Of a stretch of DNA of 64,000 nt, positions 1-11,897 are shown piece by piece. The notes under the pieces are model-generated. The model was not told the DNA's origin. It saw only the letters and a list, made by a program, of their open reading frames with translations, and made no database searches. The translations under genes and the position numbers were made by a program. The number at the start of each line of letters is the position of its first letter. Within the stretch, counting starts at the first letter, position 1. The stretch comes from an uncultured Candidatus Rokubacteria bacterium (GTDB lineage: Bacteria > Methylomirabilota > Methylomirabilia > Rokubacteriales > CSP1-6), in NCBI GenBank assembly GCA_963747235.1, contig CAVVEU010000024.1:256001-320000 (forward strand), read 5' to 3'.

Positions 1-1879
1 CTCGGTAGTGGCGGTGGTGGAAGGCGGCGATCCCGCCGTCATCGCCAATCAGGAAGGGAGTCGCCTGACTCCGTCGGTGGTGGCGTTCACGAAGGAGGGC
101 GACACCCTCGTCGGGCAGGTGGCGAAGCGTCAGGCCATCACCAATCCCGAGAACACCATCTTCTCCATCAAGCGCTTCATGGGTCGCCGCTACGACGAGG
201 TGCTCGGTGAGGCCAAGCTCATCCCGTACAAGGTGCTGAAGGCCGACAACGGGGACGTGCGCGTGGAGAGCCGCGGCAAGATGTACTCGCCGCCGGAGAT
301 CTCCGCGCTCGTGCTGCGCAAGCTCAAGGAAGCGGCCGAGGCCTACCTGGGAGAGAAGGTCACCCAGGCGGTGATCACGGTCCCGGCCTACTTCAACGAC
401 AGCCAGCGCCAGGCCACGAAGGACGCGGGCGCGATCGCCGGCCTCGAGGTCCTCCGGATCGTCAACGAGCCCACCGCGGCCGCCCTCGCGTACGGTCTCG
501 ACAAGAAGAAGGACGAGACGGTGGCGGTCTACGACCTGGGCGGCGGTACCTTCGACATCTCCGTGCTGGAGATCGGCGAGGGGGTGGTCGAGGTCAAGGC
601 CACCAACGGTGACACCCACCTGGGCGGCGACGACTTCGACCAGCGAGTGATGGACTGGATCGCGGACGAGTTCAAGCGGGAGAACGGCATCGATCTGCGC
701 AAGGACCGCATGGCGCTCCAGCGGCTCAAGGAAGCGTCCGAGAAGGCCAAGTGCGAGCTGTCCACCACGGTGCAGACCGAGATCAACCTCCCGTTCGTCA
801 CCGCGGACGCGAGCGGACCCAAGCATCTCGTGCTGACCCTCACCCGGGCCAAGCTCGAGACGCTGGTGGCGGATCTGATCGAGCGGAGCCTGACTCCATG
901 CCGGGAGGCGATGCGGCAGGCGGGGGTGAATCCCGCTGACATCGACGAGATCATCCTGGTCGGCGGCCAGACGCGGATGCCGAAGGTCCAGGAGGAGGTC
1001 AAGCGGCTGTTCGGCAAGGAGCCGAACAAGACGGTGAACCCGGACGAGGTCGTGGCCCTGGGCGCGGCGGTGCAGGCGGCGGTGCTGACCGGAGAGGTGA
1101 AGGACCTCCTGCTACTGGACGTGACGCCCCTGTCTCTCGGCATCGAGACGCTGGGCGGCGTGATGACGAAGCTGATCGACGCCAACACCACGATCCCGAC
1201 GAAGAAGGCGGAGACCTTCACGACCGCGGCGGACACCCAGCCGTCGGTGGAGGTGCACGTGCTGCAGGGTGAGCGGCCGATGGCGCGCGACAACCGCACG
1301 CTGGGCCGGTTCCACCTGGACGGGCTGCCGCCCGCGCCGCGGGGCGTGCCGCAGATCGAGGTGACGTTCGACATCGACGCGAACGGCATCCTCAACGTCT
1401 CGGCGCGCGACAAGGCGACGAGCAAGCAGCAGAACATCACGATCACGGCCTCGTCCGGCCTCAGCAAGGACGAGATCGAGCGGATGAAGAAGGAGGCCGA
1501 GGCGAACGCGGCCGACGACGCCCGGCAGCGCGAGGGCATCGAGATCCGGAACCTCGCCGACTCGGTGATGTACTCGACGGAGAAGCTGCTGCGCGAGCAG
1601 GGCGACAAGGTCGACGCCGCCGACAAGCAGGCGACCGAGGCCGCCCTCGGCGAGCTGCGGGAGGCGCTCAAGACCGAGGATCTCGACCGGATCAAGAAGG
1701 CGCAGGAAGCGACGGTCCAGGCCTCGCACAAGCTGTCGGAGGCCATGTACCGCGAAGCCCAGGCGAAGTCCCAGCCCGGCGCCGGCGGGGCGCCCGAGCC
1801 GGGGCCAGCGGGGGGCGCCACGCCGCCCAAGGGGGACGTGGTGGACGCCGAGTTCGAGGACCTCGGAGAGAAGAAGTAA
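1..1879 (+). CDS. dnaK: Chaperone DnaK (Hsp70), 5' end outside the window
   Basis: [31 protein letters not shown] linker and C-terminal VVDAEFE. The N-terminal IGIDLGTT motif is missing, so the gene starts upstream. Confidence 0.98.
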   Translation, partial: SVVAVVEGGDPAVIANQEGSRLTPSVVAFTKEGDTLVGQVAKRQAITNPENTIFSIKRFMGRRYDEVLGEAKLIPYKVLKADNGDVRVESRGKMYSPPEISALVLRKLKEAAEAYLGEKVTQAVITVPAYFNDSQRQATKDAGAIAGLEVLRIVNEPTAAALAYGLDKKKDETVAVYDLGGGTFDISVLEIGEGVVEVKATNGDTHLGGDDFDQRVMDWIADEFKRENGIDLRKDRMALQRLKEASEKAKCELSTTVQTEINLPFVTADASGPKHLVLTLTRAKLETLVADLIERSLTPCREAMRQAGVNPADIDEIILVGGQTRMPKVQEEVKRLFGKEPNKTVNPDEVVALGAAVQAAVLTGEVKDLLLLDVTPLSLGIETLGGVMTKLIDANTTIPTKKAETFTTAADTQPSVEVHVLQGERPMARDNRTLGRFHLDGLPPAPRGVPQIEVTFDIDANGILNVSARDKATSKQQNITITASSGLSKDEIERMKKEAEANAADDARQREGIEIRNLADSVMYSTEKLLREQGDKVDAADKQATEAALGELREALKTEDLDRIKKAQEATVQASHKLSEAMYREAQAKSQPGAGGAPEPGPAGGATPPKGDVVDAEFEDLGEKK

Positions 1880-1889
1880 CAACGGAGAA

Positions 1890-1924
1890 GCGCGGGGCCC
1901 GCGGAACAGCGCGCGGCCCCGCGC
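1890..1924 (+). promoter_or_regulatory. GC-rich intergenic hairpin between dnaK and dnaJ-like gene
   Basis: GCGCGGGGCC (1890-1899) pairs with GGCCCCGCGC (1915-1924); no U-tract. Confidence 0.5.
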
Positions 1925-1933
1925 CCGACCATA

Positions 1934-2941
1934 ATGCGTGACTACTACGCGGTGCTCGAGGTGAGTGCGGGAGCCACGACGGTGCAGATCCGTCGGGCGT
2001 ACCAGCGCCTCGCGCGGCGCTATTCCCCCGACGTCAACTTCTGGGAGCGCGACGCGCAGGCTCTCTTCGAGGAGATCGCGGAGGCCTACCGCATCCTGAG
2101 CGATCCTACCGCGCGCTCGGTCTACGACCGGCAGGGCGGGCGGCCCGCCGGACGGTCCGGTCCCGATCCATCGGAAGCCTCGCCGGCCGGGCGCCGGGGC
2201 GGTGATGCCCACGTCGCGGTCGAGCTCTCGTTCGCGCAGGCGGTCGCCGGCGTCGAGGCGGACGTACCGGTCGACCGGTTGTCTCCGTGCGAGGCCTGTC
2301 GCGCCACCGGCGCGGCCCCGGGTGTCCAGCCGACCACCTGCTCGCATTGCGGGGGGCTGGGCACGGTCTGGAGCGAGCCATCGCGCGACGGCGACATGTG
2401 CCCAGCCTGTGAGGGGGCCGGCACGCGCGTGGCGGCGGCCTGTGCGGCCTGCCGCGGTCGCGGCGCCACGCCGGGCCGCGCGGTGGTGCACGTGCTGCTG
2501 CCGCCGGGGATGGACACCGGCAGCCAGATCCGGATTCCCGGGGAAGGCCACTCGGGGCCGTTCGCCGGCCCGCGCGGGGACCTGATCGTGATCGCGCGGG
2601 TGCACGAGGATCCGCGCTACACGCGGAAGGGCGACAACCTCTACTGCGAGGTGCCGCTCTCCCTGGTCGAGGCCGTCCTCGGCGCCCGCGTCAAGGTGAA
2701 GGGCGTCGACGGATCCGTGGACCTGGCGATCCCCCCCGGCACCCAGAGCGGCCAGGCGTTCCGGCTGCGTGGCAAGGGCGTGCGGCGGCTCGCCGGGGAC
2801 GGGCGCGGCGATCTCTACGTGACCGCGCGGGTGGAGATTCCCCGCAGTCTGGATACACGGACGCAGGAGGTGTTCCGGCAGTTGGGACGGCTCCTGCCCG
2901 CCCATCCGGGCGTCATCGCGCCCGGGAGCGCCCGCGAATGA
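1934..2941 (+). CDS. dnaJ: DnaJ-family protein with atypical J-domain (SPD), Zn-finger and C-terminal domain
   Basis: RDYYAVL...AYRILSDP J-domain, four CxxCxG/AxG repeats, GDLIV/GDLYV C-terminal motifs. Confidence 0.88.
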   Translation: MRDYYAVLEVSAGATTVQIRRAYQRLARRYSPDVNFWERDAQALFEEIAEAYRILSDPTARSVYDRQGGRPAGRSGPDPSEASPAGRRGGDAHVAVELSFAQAVAGVEADVPVDRLSPCEACRATGAAPGVQPTTCSHCGGLGTVWSEPSRDGDMCPACEGAGTRVAAACAACRGRGATPGRAVVHVLLPPGMDTGSQIRIPGEGHSGPFAGPRGDLIVIARVHEDPRYTRKGDNLYCEVPLSLVEAVLGARVKVKGVDGSVDLAIPPGTQSGQAFRLRGKGVRRLAGDGRGDLYVTARVEIPRSLDTRTQEVFRQLGRLLPAHPGVIAPGSARE

Positions 2942-3324
2942 CCGACCGCAGCCGGCCCCTCTACATGATCGGTGTCGTGGCGGAGATGGTGAAGATCCAT
3001 CCCCAGACCCTCCGCATGTACGAGAAGAAGGGATTGATCCGTCCGAGCCGTACGGAGGGGAAGACCCGGATGTACTCGACGGAGGACGTCGAGGAGATCG
3101 CGCGCGTCACCCGGCTGGCCCGCGATCTCGGCGTGAATCTCGCGGGCATCGAGATCATCTTAAAGATGAGGCGCCGCATGCTCGACATGCAGGCGCGGAT
3201 CGAGGAGTTGACCAATCACGTGCGGAATGACATGGCGGACTCGCGGGACGAGGCGCGGCGCGGCAAGAGCGAAGCGCTCGTCCGGGCGGCATCCAGCCAG
3301 CTTTCGCCGGTTGACCTTTTTTGA
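2938..3324 (+). CDS. hspR: MerR-family heat-shock repressor HspR
   Basis: IGVVAEMVKIHPQTLRMYEKKGLIRPSRTEGKTRMYS and GVNLAGI; located in the dnaK-dnaJ operon. Confidence 0.88.
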   Translation: MTDRSRPLYMIGVVAEMVKIHPQTLRMYEKKGLIRPSRTEGKTRMYSTEDVEEIARVTRLARDLGVNLAGIEIILKMRRRMLDMQARIEELTNHVRNDMADSRDEARRGKSEALVRAASSQLSPVDLF

Positions 3325-3343
3325 GGGAAGGGAGGCCATCACC

Positions 3344-5773
<2,430 letters not shown>

Positions 5774-5799
5774 ACCATAAGTAGCTGAAACGTAAGCTA

Positions 5800-5835
5800 G
5801 AGAGGCCGTCCATCACGGGCGGCCTCTCGTCGTTT
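5800..5835 (+). terminator. Probable intrinsic terminator after lon
   Basis: GAGAGGCCGTCC-ATCAC-GGGCGGCCTCTC stem followed by GTCGTTT. Confidence 0.6.
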
Positions 5836-5870
5836 CGGGACCCCCATGGCACGCCCCGTGGATATAGGGC

Positions 5871-6575
5871 GTGCTCAAGAGAGGCGTGATCGCGCTCGTG
5901 GCAGTGCTGGTTGGTCCTGGGGCCGTATCCATGGCTCAGGCCGACACCTATCGCATGGTCGACGACGCCGGGGGCGTGCACCTCACCAATGCCCCGGCGG
6001 ACCCGCGCTATCGGGGCCTGCCTGCCGTTTCGGGTACCGCCACCGGGTGGCTTCGCATGCCCGAGACCACCCGGGGTCAGTACGGCACCGAGATCCGTGA
6101 GATCTCCGCGCGCCACGGCGTGGACGCGACCCTCGTCGAGTCCGTGATTCGAGCCGAGTCGGCGTTCAATCCCACCGCGGTGTCCCGCACCGGCGCCCGC
6201 GGCCTGATGCAGCTCATGCCCAAGACCGCGGTGATGCTCGGCGTCCGTGACTCGTTCAACCCGCGCGAGAACATCGACGGCGGGGTGCGCCACCTGCGCT
6301 ATCTGCTGGATCGCTATCCCGGGAACGTCGCGCTCGCGGTCGCGGCCTACAATGCGGGCGAGGGCGCGGTGGACAGCTATCGCGGTATTCCGCCGTACGC
6401 GGAGACTCAGCAGTACGTGCAGCGCGTGCTGAACGGTGGCGGCGGCGGGGGCGGCGGGGTGTGGACCGGCGGGCGCAGCGTGATCCCGCGCTCGGTGTAC
6501 CGCTACGCAGGCCCCAACGGCTCGGTCACGTACAGTAACCTGCCGCCCGGCAGTCGCCTGACCGTCGCCCGCTAA
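5871..6575 (+). CDS. Secreted lytic transglycosylase (SLT) with short N- and C-terminal DUF4124-like segments
   Basis: Signal peptide, AESAFNP, GARGLMQL, AAYNAGEG, ETQQYV. Confidence 0.92.
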   Translation: MLKRGVIALVAVLVGPGAVSMAQADTYRMVDDAGGVHLTNAPADPRYRGLPAVSGTATGWLRMPETTRGQYGTEIREISARHGVDATLVESVIRAESAFNPTAVSRTGARGLMQLMPKTAVMLGVRDSFNPRENIDGGVRHLRYLLDRYPGNVALAVAAYNAGEGAVDSYRGIPPYAETQQYVQRVLNGGGGGGGGVWTGGRSVIPRSVYRYAGPNGSVTYSNLPPGSRLTVAR

Positions 6576-7261
6576 GCGCCTCCGCCCGCCGCTTCTTCCA
6601 GGCCCTTCACGTCCCGCACGACCAATCGCCGTCCGCGCACCGTGACCAGACCCTCGCGCGCCAGCGCTGCGAGGGCGCGCGACAGGGGCTCGCGGACGGT
6701 CCCCACGCGCGCCGCGATCTCATCGCGAGTGCCCGGCAGTGTGATCTCCACGCCGTCCCGGATGCGGCCGCCGGTCCGGCCCGCTTCGTCCAGCACGAGA
6801 CGGCCCAGGCGTGCCCGGACCGACCGGAGCGTCAGATCGCCGGCCAGGGTCGCGAACGCCCGCACGCGCCGCGCCAGGATGGCGATGATGGAGAGGGCGA
6901 CCTCGGGATGGCGCCGGCACAAGGCATCGAGCTCTCGTCGCGGAAGCCAGAGCAGCCGTGCCGCGGTCTGCGCCGTCGCGGACGCCACGTAGCCGGCGCG
7001 GTCGAACAGCGGCACCTCGCCCAGCGTGGCGCCCGGGCCCTCGACATGGAGCACCTGCTCGCGGCCCTGAGGTGAGATGCGGAAGACCTTGACCCGCCCC
7101 TCGGCCACGATCCACAGGCCGGCACACGGCGCGCCTTCCTCGAAGATCCGCTGGCGCGGCGCGAAGCCGACCGCGCGGAGGCGCCGGGCCAGCGCGATCC
7201 GCTGCGGAGCCGGGAGCACACGGAAGTAGGGAATGCGGGCCAGCAGATCCGGCGTGTCCAC
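6572..7261 (-). CDS. Crp/Fnr-family transcriptional regulator
   Basis: cNMP-binding fold (IFEEG...GRVKV...GEVPLFD) and HTH TRDEIAARVGTVREPLSRAL; GTG start at 7261. Confidence 0.9.
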   Translation of the reverse strand: MDTPDLLARIPYFRVLPAPQRIALARRLRAVGFAPRQRIFEEGAPCAGLWIVAEGRVKVFRISPQGREQVLHVEGPGATLGEVPLFDRAGYVASATAQTAARLLWLPRRELDALCRRHPEVALSIIAILARRVRAFATLAGDLTLRSVRARLGRLVLDEAGRTGGRIRDGVEITLPGTRDEIAARVGTVREPLSRALAALAREGLVTVRGRRLVVRDVKGLEEAAGGGA

Positions 7262-7293
7262 GCGCGCGCCCAGCGGGGCGGCCGCCCGCCGGG

Positions 7294-7725
7294 TCAGGCG
7301 GGTCGCGGCCAGACGAGCTCGAGGAAGCGGTCGAGGAGCCCGTCCTTCGTGAACAGCTCCGCCGCTTCCCGCGTGGTCCGCTGATCCATGCCCCACAGCG
7401 CGGCCCGCTTGCCGCGGTCCTGGTTCATCTGGATGAAGACGCGCTGGTCGCGCGTGAAGGCGATCGGCAGATCCTCGTAGATCTGGGCCGTGAACGCGTT
7501 GACCGCGGGCCCGCCGATCGCGACCGCGGGGAACATCTCGGCCATCTCCTGGTTGAGCATCCACATGTCGGTCACCACCACCGCGCTCCGGTTGTCCGCC
7601 CCCTCGCTGCGCGAGGCGATCGTGCGCTTGAGCTCGTAGGCGACCGGGCGATCCTCCTCCTCGGCGAGGATGCCGTAGCCGACCACGAGGAGGACCGTGG
7701 TCCGGACGTCGAAGTAGCGGGGCAT
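7294..7725 (-). CDS. Hypothetical protein, 143 aa (MPRYFDVRTT...)
   Basis: Typical codon usage; start overlaps the upstream stop (TGATG). Confidence 0.7.
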   Translation of the reverse strand: MPRYFDVRTTVLLVVGYGILAEEEDRPVAYELKRTIASRSEGADNRSAVVVTDMWMLNQEMAEMFPAVAIGGPAVNAFTAQIYEDLPIAFTRDQRVFIQMNQDRGKRAALWGMDQRTTREAAELFTKDGLLDRFLELVWPRPA

Positions 7726-8303
7726 CAGCGAATCAGGCGCGCCAGCTCCCGGAAGTCGTCGGTGTCCGCCTGGCGCAGGAGCTGGAAGAGCACGGTCTCG
7801 GTGGTCGTGACCACCGCGCCGGCCTGCCGGAGCTGGGCCATGGCCAGGCGCCAGTTGGCCTGGGTGCGCGAGGTGACCGCGTCGGCCACGATGTGCACCG
7901 CGTAGCCCTCGGCCAGCAGGTCGAGCGCTGACATCAGCACGCACACGTGGGCCTCGATGCCGACCAGGAGGAGCTGGCGCGCGCCCGTCGCGGTGAGCCG
8001 GCTGCGGAACGCGTCCACCTCCAGGCAGGAGAACGCGACCTTCTCGACCGGCTGTACTCCGGCCGGAAGGGCATCCTTCAGCTCCTGCAGGGTATGGCCG
8101 AGGCCTTTGGGGTACTGCTCGGTGACCAGGGTGCCCAGATTCAACCGCCGCGCCGTCGCGGTCAGGACCTTGATGTTGCGCATGACCTCTTCCCGGTGGT
8201 CGGCGTCCATGGCCGGGAACAGGCGCTCCTGCACGTCGATCACGACCAGGGCGGTGCGCTCGCGGTCGAGCGTCATGGGGTGAGGCGTGGCGGCGTGGCT
8301 CAT
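7725..8303 (-). CDS. Isochorismatase-family cysteine hydrolase
   Basis: LVVIDVQE, TEQYPKGLG, KVAFS, GIEAHVCV catalytic triad motifs; GGAGG RBS. Confidence 0.92.
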   Translation of the reverse strand: MSHAATPHPMTLDRERTALVVIDVQERLFPAMDADHREEVMRNIKVLTATARRLNLGTLVTEQYPKGLGHTLQELKDALPAGVQPVEKVAFSCLEVDAFRSRLTATGARQLLLVGIEAHVCVLMSALDLLAEGYAVHIVADAVTSRTQANWRLAMAQLRQAGAVVTTTETVLFQLLRQADTDDFRELARLIR

Positions 8304-8345
8304 CGGGACCTCCGGGAGCGAGGATCGAAAATCGCGCACATCCTC

Positions 8346-9884
8346 TCACATCTGGGAGCGTTGGCAAGTCGTCGCGCCCGTCGGCGCGCCGGCGAGCCGG
8401 ACGTACTCGAAGACCGTCCAGAGGGCCAGGAAGAGACCGAGCTGGATCGAGGCCTGGTAGAAGAGGGGGAGGATCTCCGCCGACGCCAGCTCGAAGGCAT
8501 ACGCGCACGCCATGATGACGGACAGCAGCGCCATCTCGACGGCGCTGATCCGGTCGGCCCGGCCCTCGTGCCACGGCAAGAGGACCAGGAGCGCCAGGAA
8601 GGAGTAGTAGTACCCGGTGAGCGAGAAGGCGCAGAAGACGAGGGGGACCGCGAAGGTCAGGCTCTCGAGCGCGCGGGCGCGCAGGATCAAGGGAAGCGCC
8701 ACCAGCAGGTAGCCGGCCGACAGCAGGGGGAGCAGGTACGCGGCCGGCCGAGCCGCCGCGATCGCCTCCGCGGGCACGAACACCGCCCCGTCCGCGGTCG
8801 AGCTCCACGGCACGGAGCCGAACACGAGCAACGGGCCGAGTCCGACCGAGTTGACGAACGGATCCTGGGCGTGCAGCCGGATCTTGGCCAGGAACTCGAG
8901 CACCAGGGGCCGCTGAGCGGGCCACGCCATGAGCCCCACCGAGATCACGAGAAGGAGCCCCAACGCCGCCCGGAGGCAGGATGCCACCACCGGTTCCGGT
9001 CGCCGGCCCATGCGCGCCTGCGTCCACTTGATCACGAGGGGAATCAGGAACAGGACGGGGAACACCCGGGCCGCCGCGGCGTACCCGAGCAGGAGCCCGC
9101 CGGTGGTGCCCGAGCCCCGGGCGAGCGCGGCGGCGCCGGCGAGGAGCGCGGCGACCCAGTCCCAGCGCAGGAGCGATCCACCGATGTAGTCGAATCGCGC
9201 GAAGAAGCTCAGCGAGAGGAAGGTGAGCGTGAGGGCGGTGGGCACGGCGCCGAACGCGCGCCAGACGGCCCCGGCCGCCGCGATCATCAGGACGTAGTCG
9301 AGCGAGGACAGCAGCGCGAGCGTCGGCGCGCTCACGGGAAGGGATCCGACCAGCAGGTGCAGGAGGAGGGCCCGCGGGGGTGGATCATTGTAGCCGCGGT
9401 CGACGAGAAGCTCCGGCCACGCGTCGATCCGCGGACCGAAGAAGGTCAGGTCGCGTTTGAACGTCTCCCACCGCGCGTTCGAGAAGCGCGAGCGGATCGG
9501 CTCCGGCCCGACCGTCGTCGTCGGGCGCGGGACATAGGTCGCGAGGTCTCGAACGTAGCTGATCCCGCCGAAGGCGCCGAGCTCGCGGCCCGCCACGAGC
9601 GTGGCCTCGTAGAGGCCCGAGTACCCGAGCTCCGGGAGGTACTTGGCCCCCATGAAGTAGTGAAAGGCGTCGTAGTAGTGGATGTGGCCGGGCCGGTAGC
9701 CGGACTGGTTCGGGTGCAGGACCCCGAAGTTCGGATAGCTCGCGAGGGCGCCGACGAGGACCGCGAAGATCAGCACGCGATGCCGTCGCGAGATCACGCC
9801 GCGGCGGGCGAGCGTGAACAGCAGGCCGGCGAGCGCCACCAGCAGCAGGATCCGGCCCAGGAGAATGCCCTGGTAGAGCGTCAT
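8346..9884 (-). CDS. Multi-pass membrane protein, possibly GT-C (GT87-like) glycosyltransferase
   Basis: Many hydrophobic segments and a large periplasmic loop with HYYDAFHYF and GYNDPPP. Confidence 0.6.
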   Translation of the reverse strand: MTLYQGILLGRILLLVALAGLLFTLARRGVISRRHRVLIFAVLVGALASYPNFGVLHPNQSGYRPGHIHYYDAFHYFMGAKYLPELGYSGLYEATLVAGRELGAFGGISYVRDLATYVPRPTTTVGPEPIRSRFSNARWETFKRDLTFFGPRIDAWPELLVDRGYNDPPPRALLLHLLVGSLPVSAPTLALLSSLDYVLMIAAAGAVWRAFGAVPTALTLTFLSLSFFARFDYIGGSLLRWDWVAALLAGAAALARGSGTTGGLLLGYAAAARVFPVLFLIPLVIKWTQARMGRRPEPVVASCLRAALGLLLVISVGLMAWPAQRPLVLEFLAKIRLHAQDPFVNSVGLGPLLVFGSVPWSSTADGAVFVPAEAIAAARPAAYLLPLLSAGYLLVALPLILRARALESLTFAVPLVFCAFSLTGYYYSFLALLVLLPWHEGRADRISAVEMALLSVIMACAYAFELASAEILPLFYQASIQLGLFLALWTVFEYVRLAGAPTGATTCQRSQM

Positions 9885-9921
9885 GCTCCCGTGAAGATAC
9901 CCTACTACGCCGCGCGGGCCC

Positions 9922-11439
9922 TCACCGCGCGCGATCGAGCCCGCGGTACTGGATCGCCTCGGAGATGTGCTCGGCGGTGATGGCGTCGTCGCCCGCGAGG
10001 TCGGCGATGGTGCGGGCCACGCGCAGCAGGCGATCGTGGGCGCGGGCCGAGAAGCCGAGCTGGGTCACGGCCAGGCCGAGGAGCCGCGCCGCGTCGGCGG
10101 GCAGGGGGCAGTGGCGGCGGGTCTGCCGACCTGACATGCGGGCGTTGACGTGGGTCGGCGTGCCGGCGAAGCGGACGGCCTGGCGGGCGCGGGCGGTGAG
10201 CACGCGGGCGCGGATGACCGAGGACAGCTCTCCCACGGCCGCGTCGGTCAGCTCGGCGTAGGGCAGGGCGGGGATGTCGAGGTGGAGATCGATGCGGTCG
10301 AGCAGGGGGCGCGAGAGGCGAGCCAGGTAGCGGGCGCGCTCGGCGGGGGAGCAGCCGCAGGTCGGCAGCGAGGCGCAGCCGCGACGGCAGGGATTGGCGG
10401 CGGCGACGAGCTGGAAGCGGGCGGGGAAGCTGGCGGTGCCCGCGGAGCGGGAGACGACGACGCGCGCGTCCTCGAGCGGCTGGCGCAGGGCTTCCAGCAC
10501 CCGCTGGGAGAACTCGGGCAGCTCGTCCATGAACAGCACGCCGTGATGGGCGAGGCTGATCTCGCCGGGATGCGGCACCCCGCCGCCGCCGATGAGGCCG
10601 GCCTCGGACGCGGTGTGGTGCGGGCTACGGAACGGCCGCGCGGTGAGCAGGCCTTGCTCGGGCGGCAGCAGGCCGGCGACGCTCCAGACGGTGGAGGCCT
10701 CGATGGCTTCCTCGAGGGAGAGCGGCGGCAGGATGGAAGCCACCCGCCGGGCGAGCATGGTCTTGCCGGTGCCGGGTGGCCCGATCATCAGGACATTGTG
10801 CGCGCCGGCGGCCGCGATCTCGAGGCCGCGCTTGGCGTGCGCGTGGCCCCGCACGTCGGCGAAATCGAGGCCGTCGCCCTCGCCGTCCCGCCGGGGCCGA
10901 CGCGTGCCGAAGGCCGGGCCGATCTCTCGCTCGCCGTTCAGGTACTCGACGGCGTCGTGCAGGGTGGCGATGGGAATCACGTCGATGCCTTCCACCACGC
11001 TGGCCTCCGGCGCGTTCGCGGCGGGCACGAGCAGCGGCGTGAAGCCCTCCCGCCGCGCGTGCAGGGCCACCGGCAGCACGCCGCGCACCGCGCGCACGCT
11101 GGCGTCGAGCGACAGCTCGCCCATCACGAGCGCGCGGTCCAGCCGGCCCGGCTTGATCAGCCCGGTGGCGGAGAGGATGCCGACCGCGGTCGGCAGATCG
11201 AAGGCGGCGCCTTCCTTGCGGACATCGGCGGGCGCCAGGTTGACGGTGATGCGGTCGATCGGAAACTCCAGGCCCGAGTTGCGGATGGCCGCGCGGACCC
11301 GGTCGCGGCTCTCGCGCACGGTCGCGTCCGGGAGGCCGACGGTGTTGAACGAGGGCAGCCCCGAGGTGACGTCCACCTCGATGAAGATGGTGGCGGCCTC
11401 GATCCCGTGGAGCGTGGCGGAGCGAACTCGCGCGAGCAC
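9922..11439 (-). CDS. comM: YifB/ComM Mg-chelatase-like AAA+ ATPase
   Basis: VGLPDATVRESRDRV, GPPGTGKT, GEISLAHHGVLFMDE, VARTIADL. Confidence 0.94.
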   Translation of the reverse strand: MLARVRSATLHGIEAATIFIEVDVTSGLPSFNTVGLPDATVRESRDRVRAAIRNSGLEFPIDRITVNLAPADVRKEGAAFDLPTAVGILSATGLIKPGRLDRALVMGELSLDASVRAVRGVLPVALHARREGFTPLLVPAANAPEASVVEGIDVIPIATLHDAVEYLNGEREIGPAFGTRRPRRDGEGDGLDFADVRGHAHAKRGLEIAAAGAHNVLMIGPPGTGKTMLARRVASILPPLSLEEAIEASTVWSVAGLLPPEQGLLTARPFRSPHHTASEAGLIGGGGVPHPGEISLAHHGVLFMDELPEFSQRVLEALRQPLEDARVVVSRSAGTASFPARFQLVAAANPCRRGCASLPTCGCSPAERARYLARLSRPLLDRIDLHLDIPALPYAELTDAAVGELSSVIRARVLTARARQAVRFAGTPTHVNARMSGRQTRRHCPLPADAARLLGLAVTQLGFSARAHDRLLRVARTIADLAGDDAITAEHISEAIQYRGLDRAR

Positions 11440-11445
11440 GAGCCC

Positions 11446-11474
11446 AGTGTGGGAACGCGGGCCGGCTCCGTCAA
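11446..11474 (-). promoter_or_regulatory. Sigma70-type promoter of comM (probably leaderless)
   Basis: TTGACG-17 nt-CACACT, 6 nt before the GTG start. Confidence 0.5.
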
Positions 11475-11525
11475 TGTCCCGGAAGCGATACGTCCGTGAA
11501 AGGGACATCTGCTAGACTCGGAGGC

Positions 11526-11897
11526 ATGCGCACGCTGCGGGTCCTCGTCGCGGACGATCAGGAGCACATGCGGGAGCTGCTGGTCGAGGCGCTGTCCGCG
11601 GACGGGCACACCGTGGATCCGGCCGAGGATGGAATGGCCGCGCTCAAGCTACTGGAGCAGCAGACCTACGATCTGGTGGTGAGCGATCTGCAGATGCCGC
11701 AGGTGGACGGGCCGAAGCTCTACCAGGAGATCCGGCGCCTGAAGCCGGACGCGGCGCCGTTCTTCATCTTCATCACCGGCGAGGACGAGGCCCCGGGCTA
11801 CGGGACGTTTCTGACCGAGTCGAAGGTCCCCGTCGTGACCAAGCCGTTCAAGCTCAAGGAGTTCCGGCAGATGCTGGCGAAGCTGTTCCCCGGGTAG
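11526..11897 (+). CDS. Single-domain response regulator (receiver)
   Basis: VLVADD, phosphoacceptor SDLQMP, ITG and KPF; GGAGG RBS. Confidence 0.92.
   Translation: MRTLRVLVADDQEHMRELLVEALSADGHTVDPAEDGMAALKLLEQQTYDLVVSDLQMPQVDGPKLYQEIRRLKPDAAPFFIFITGEDEAPGYGTFLTESKVPVVTKPFKLKEFRQMLAKLFPG

Noticed and set aside
6435-6460. GGC run in the transglycosylase gene as a contingency repeat
   Set aside because: It is an imperfect, in-frame poly-Gly linker.
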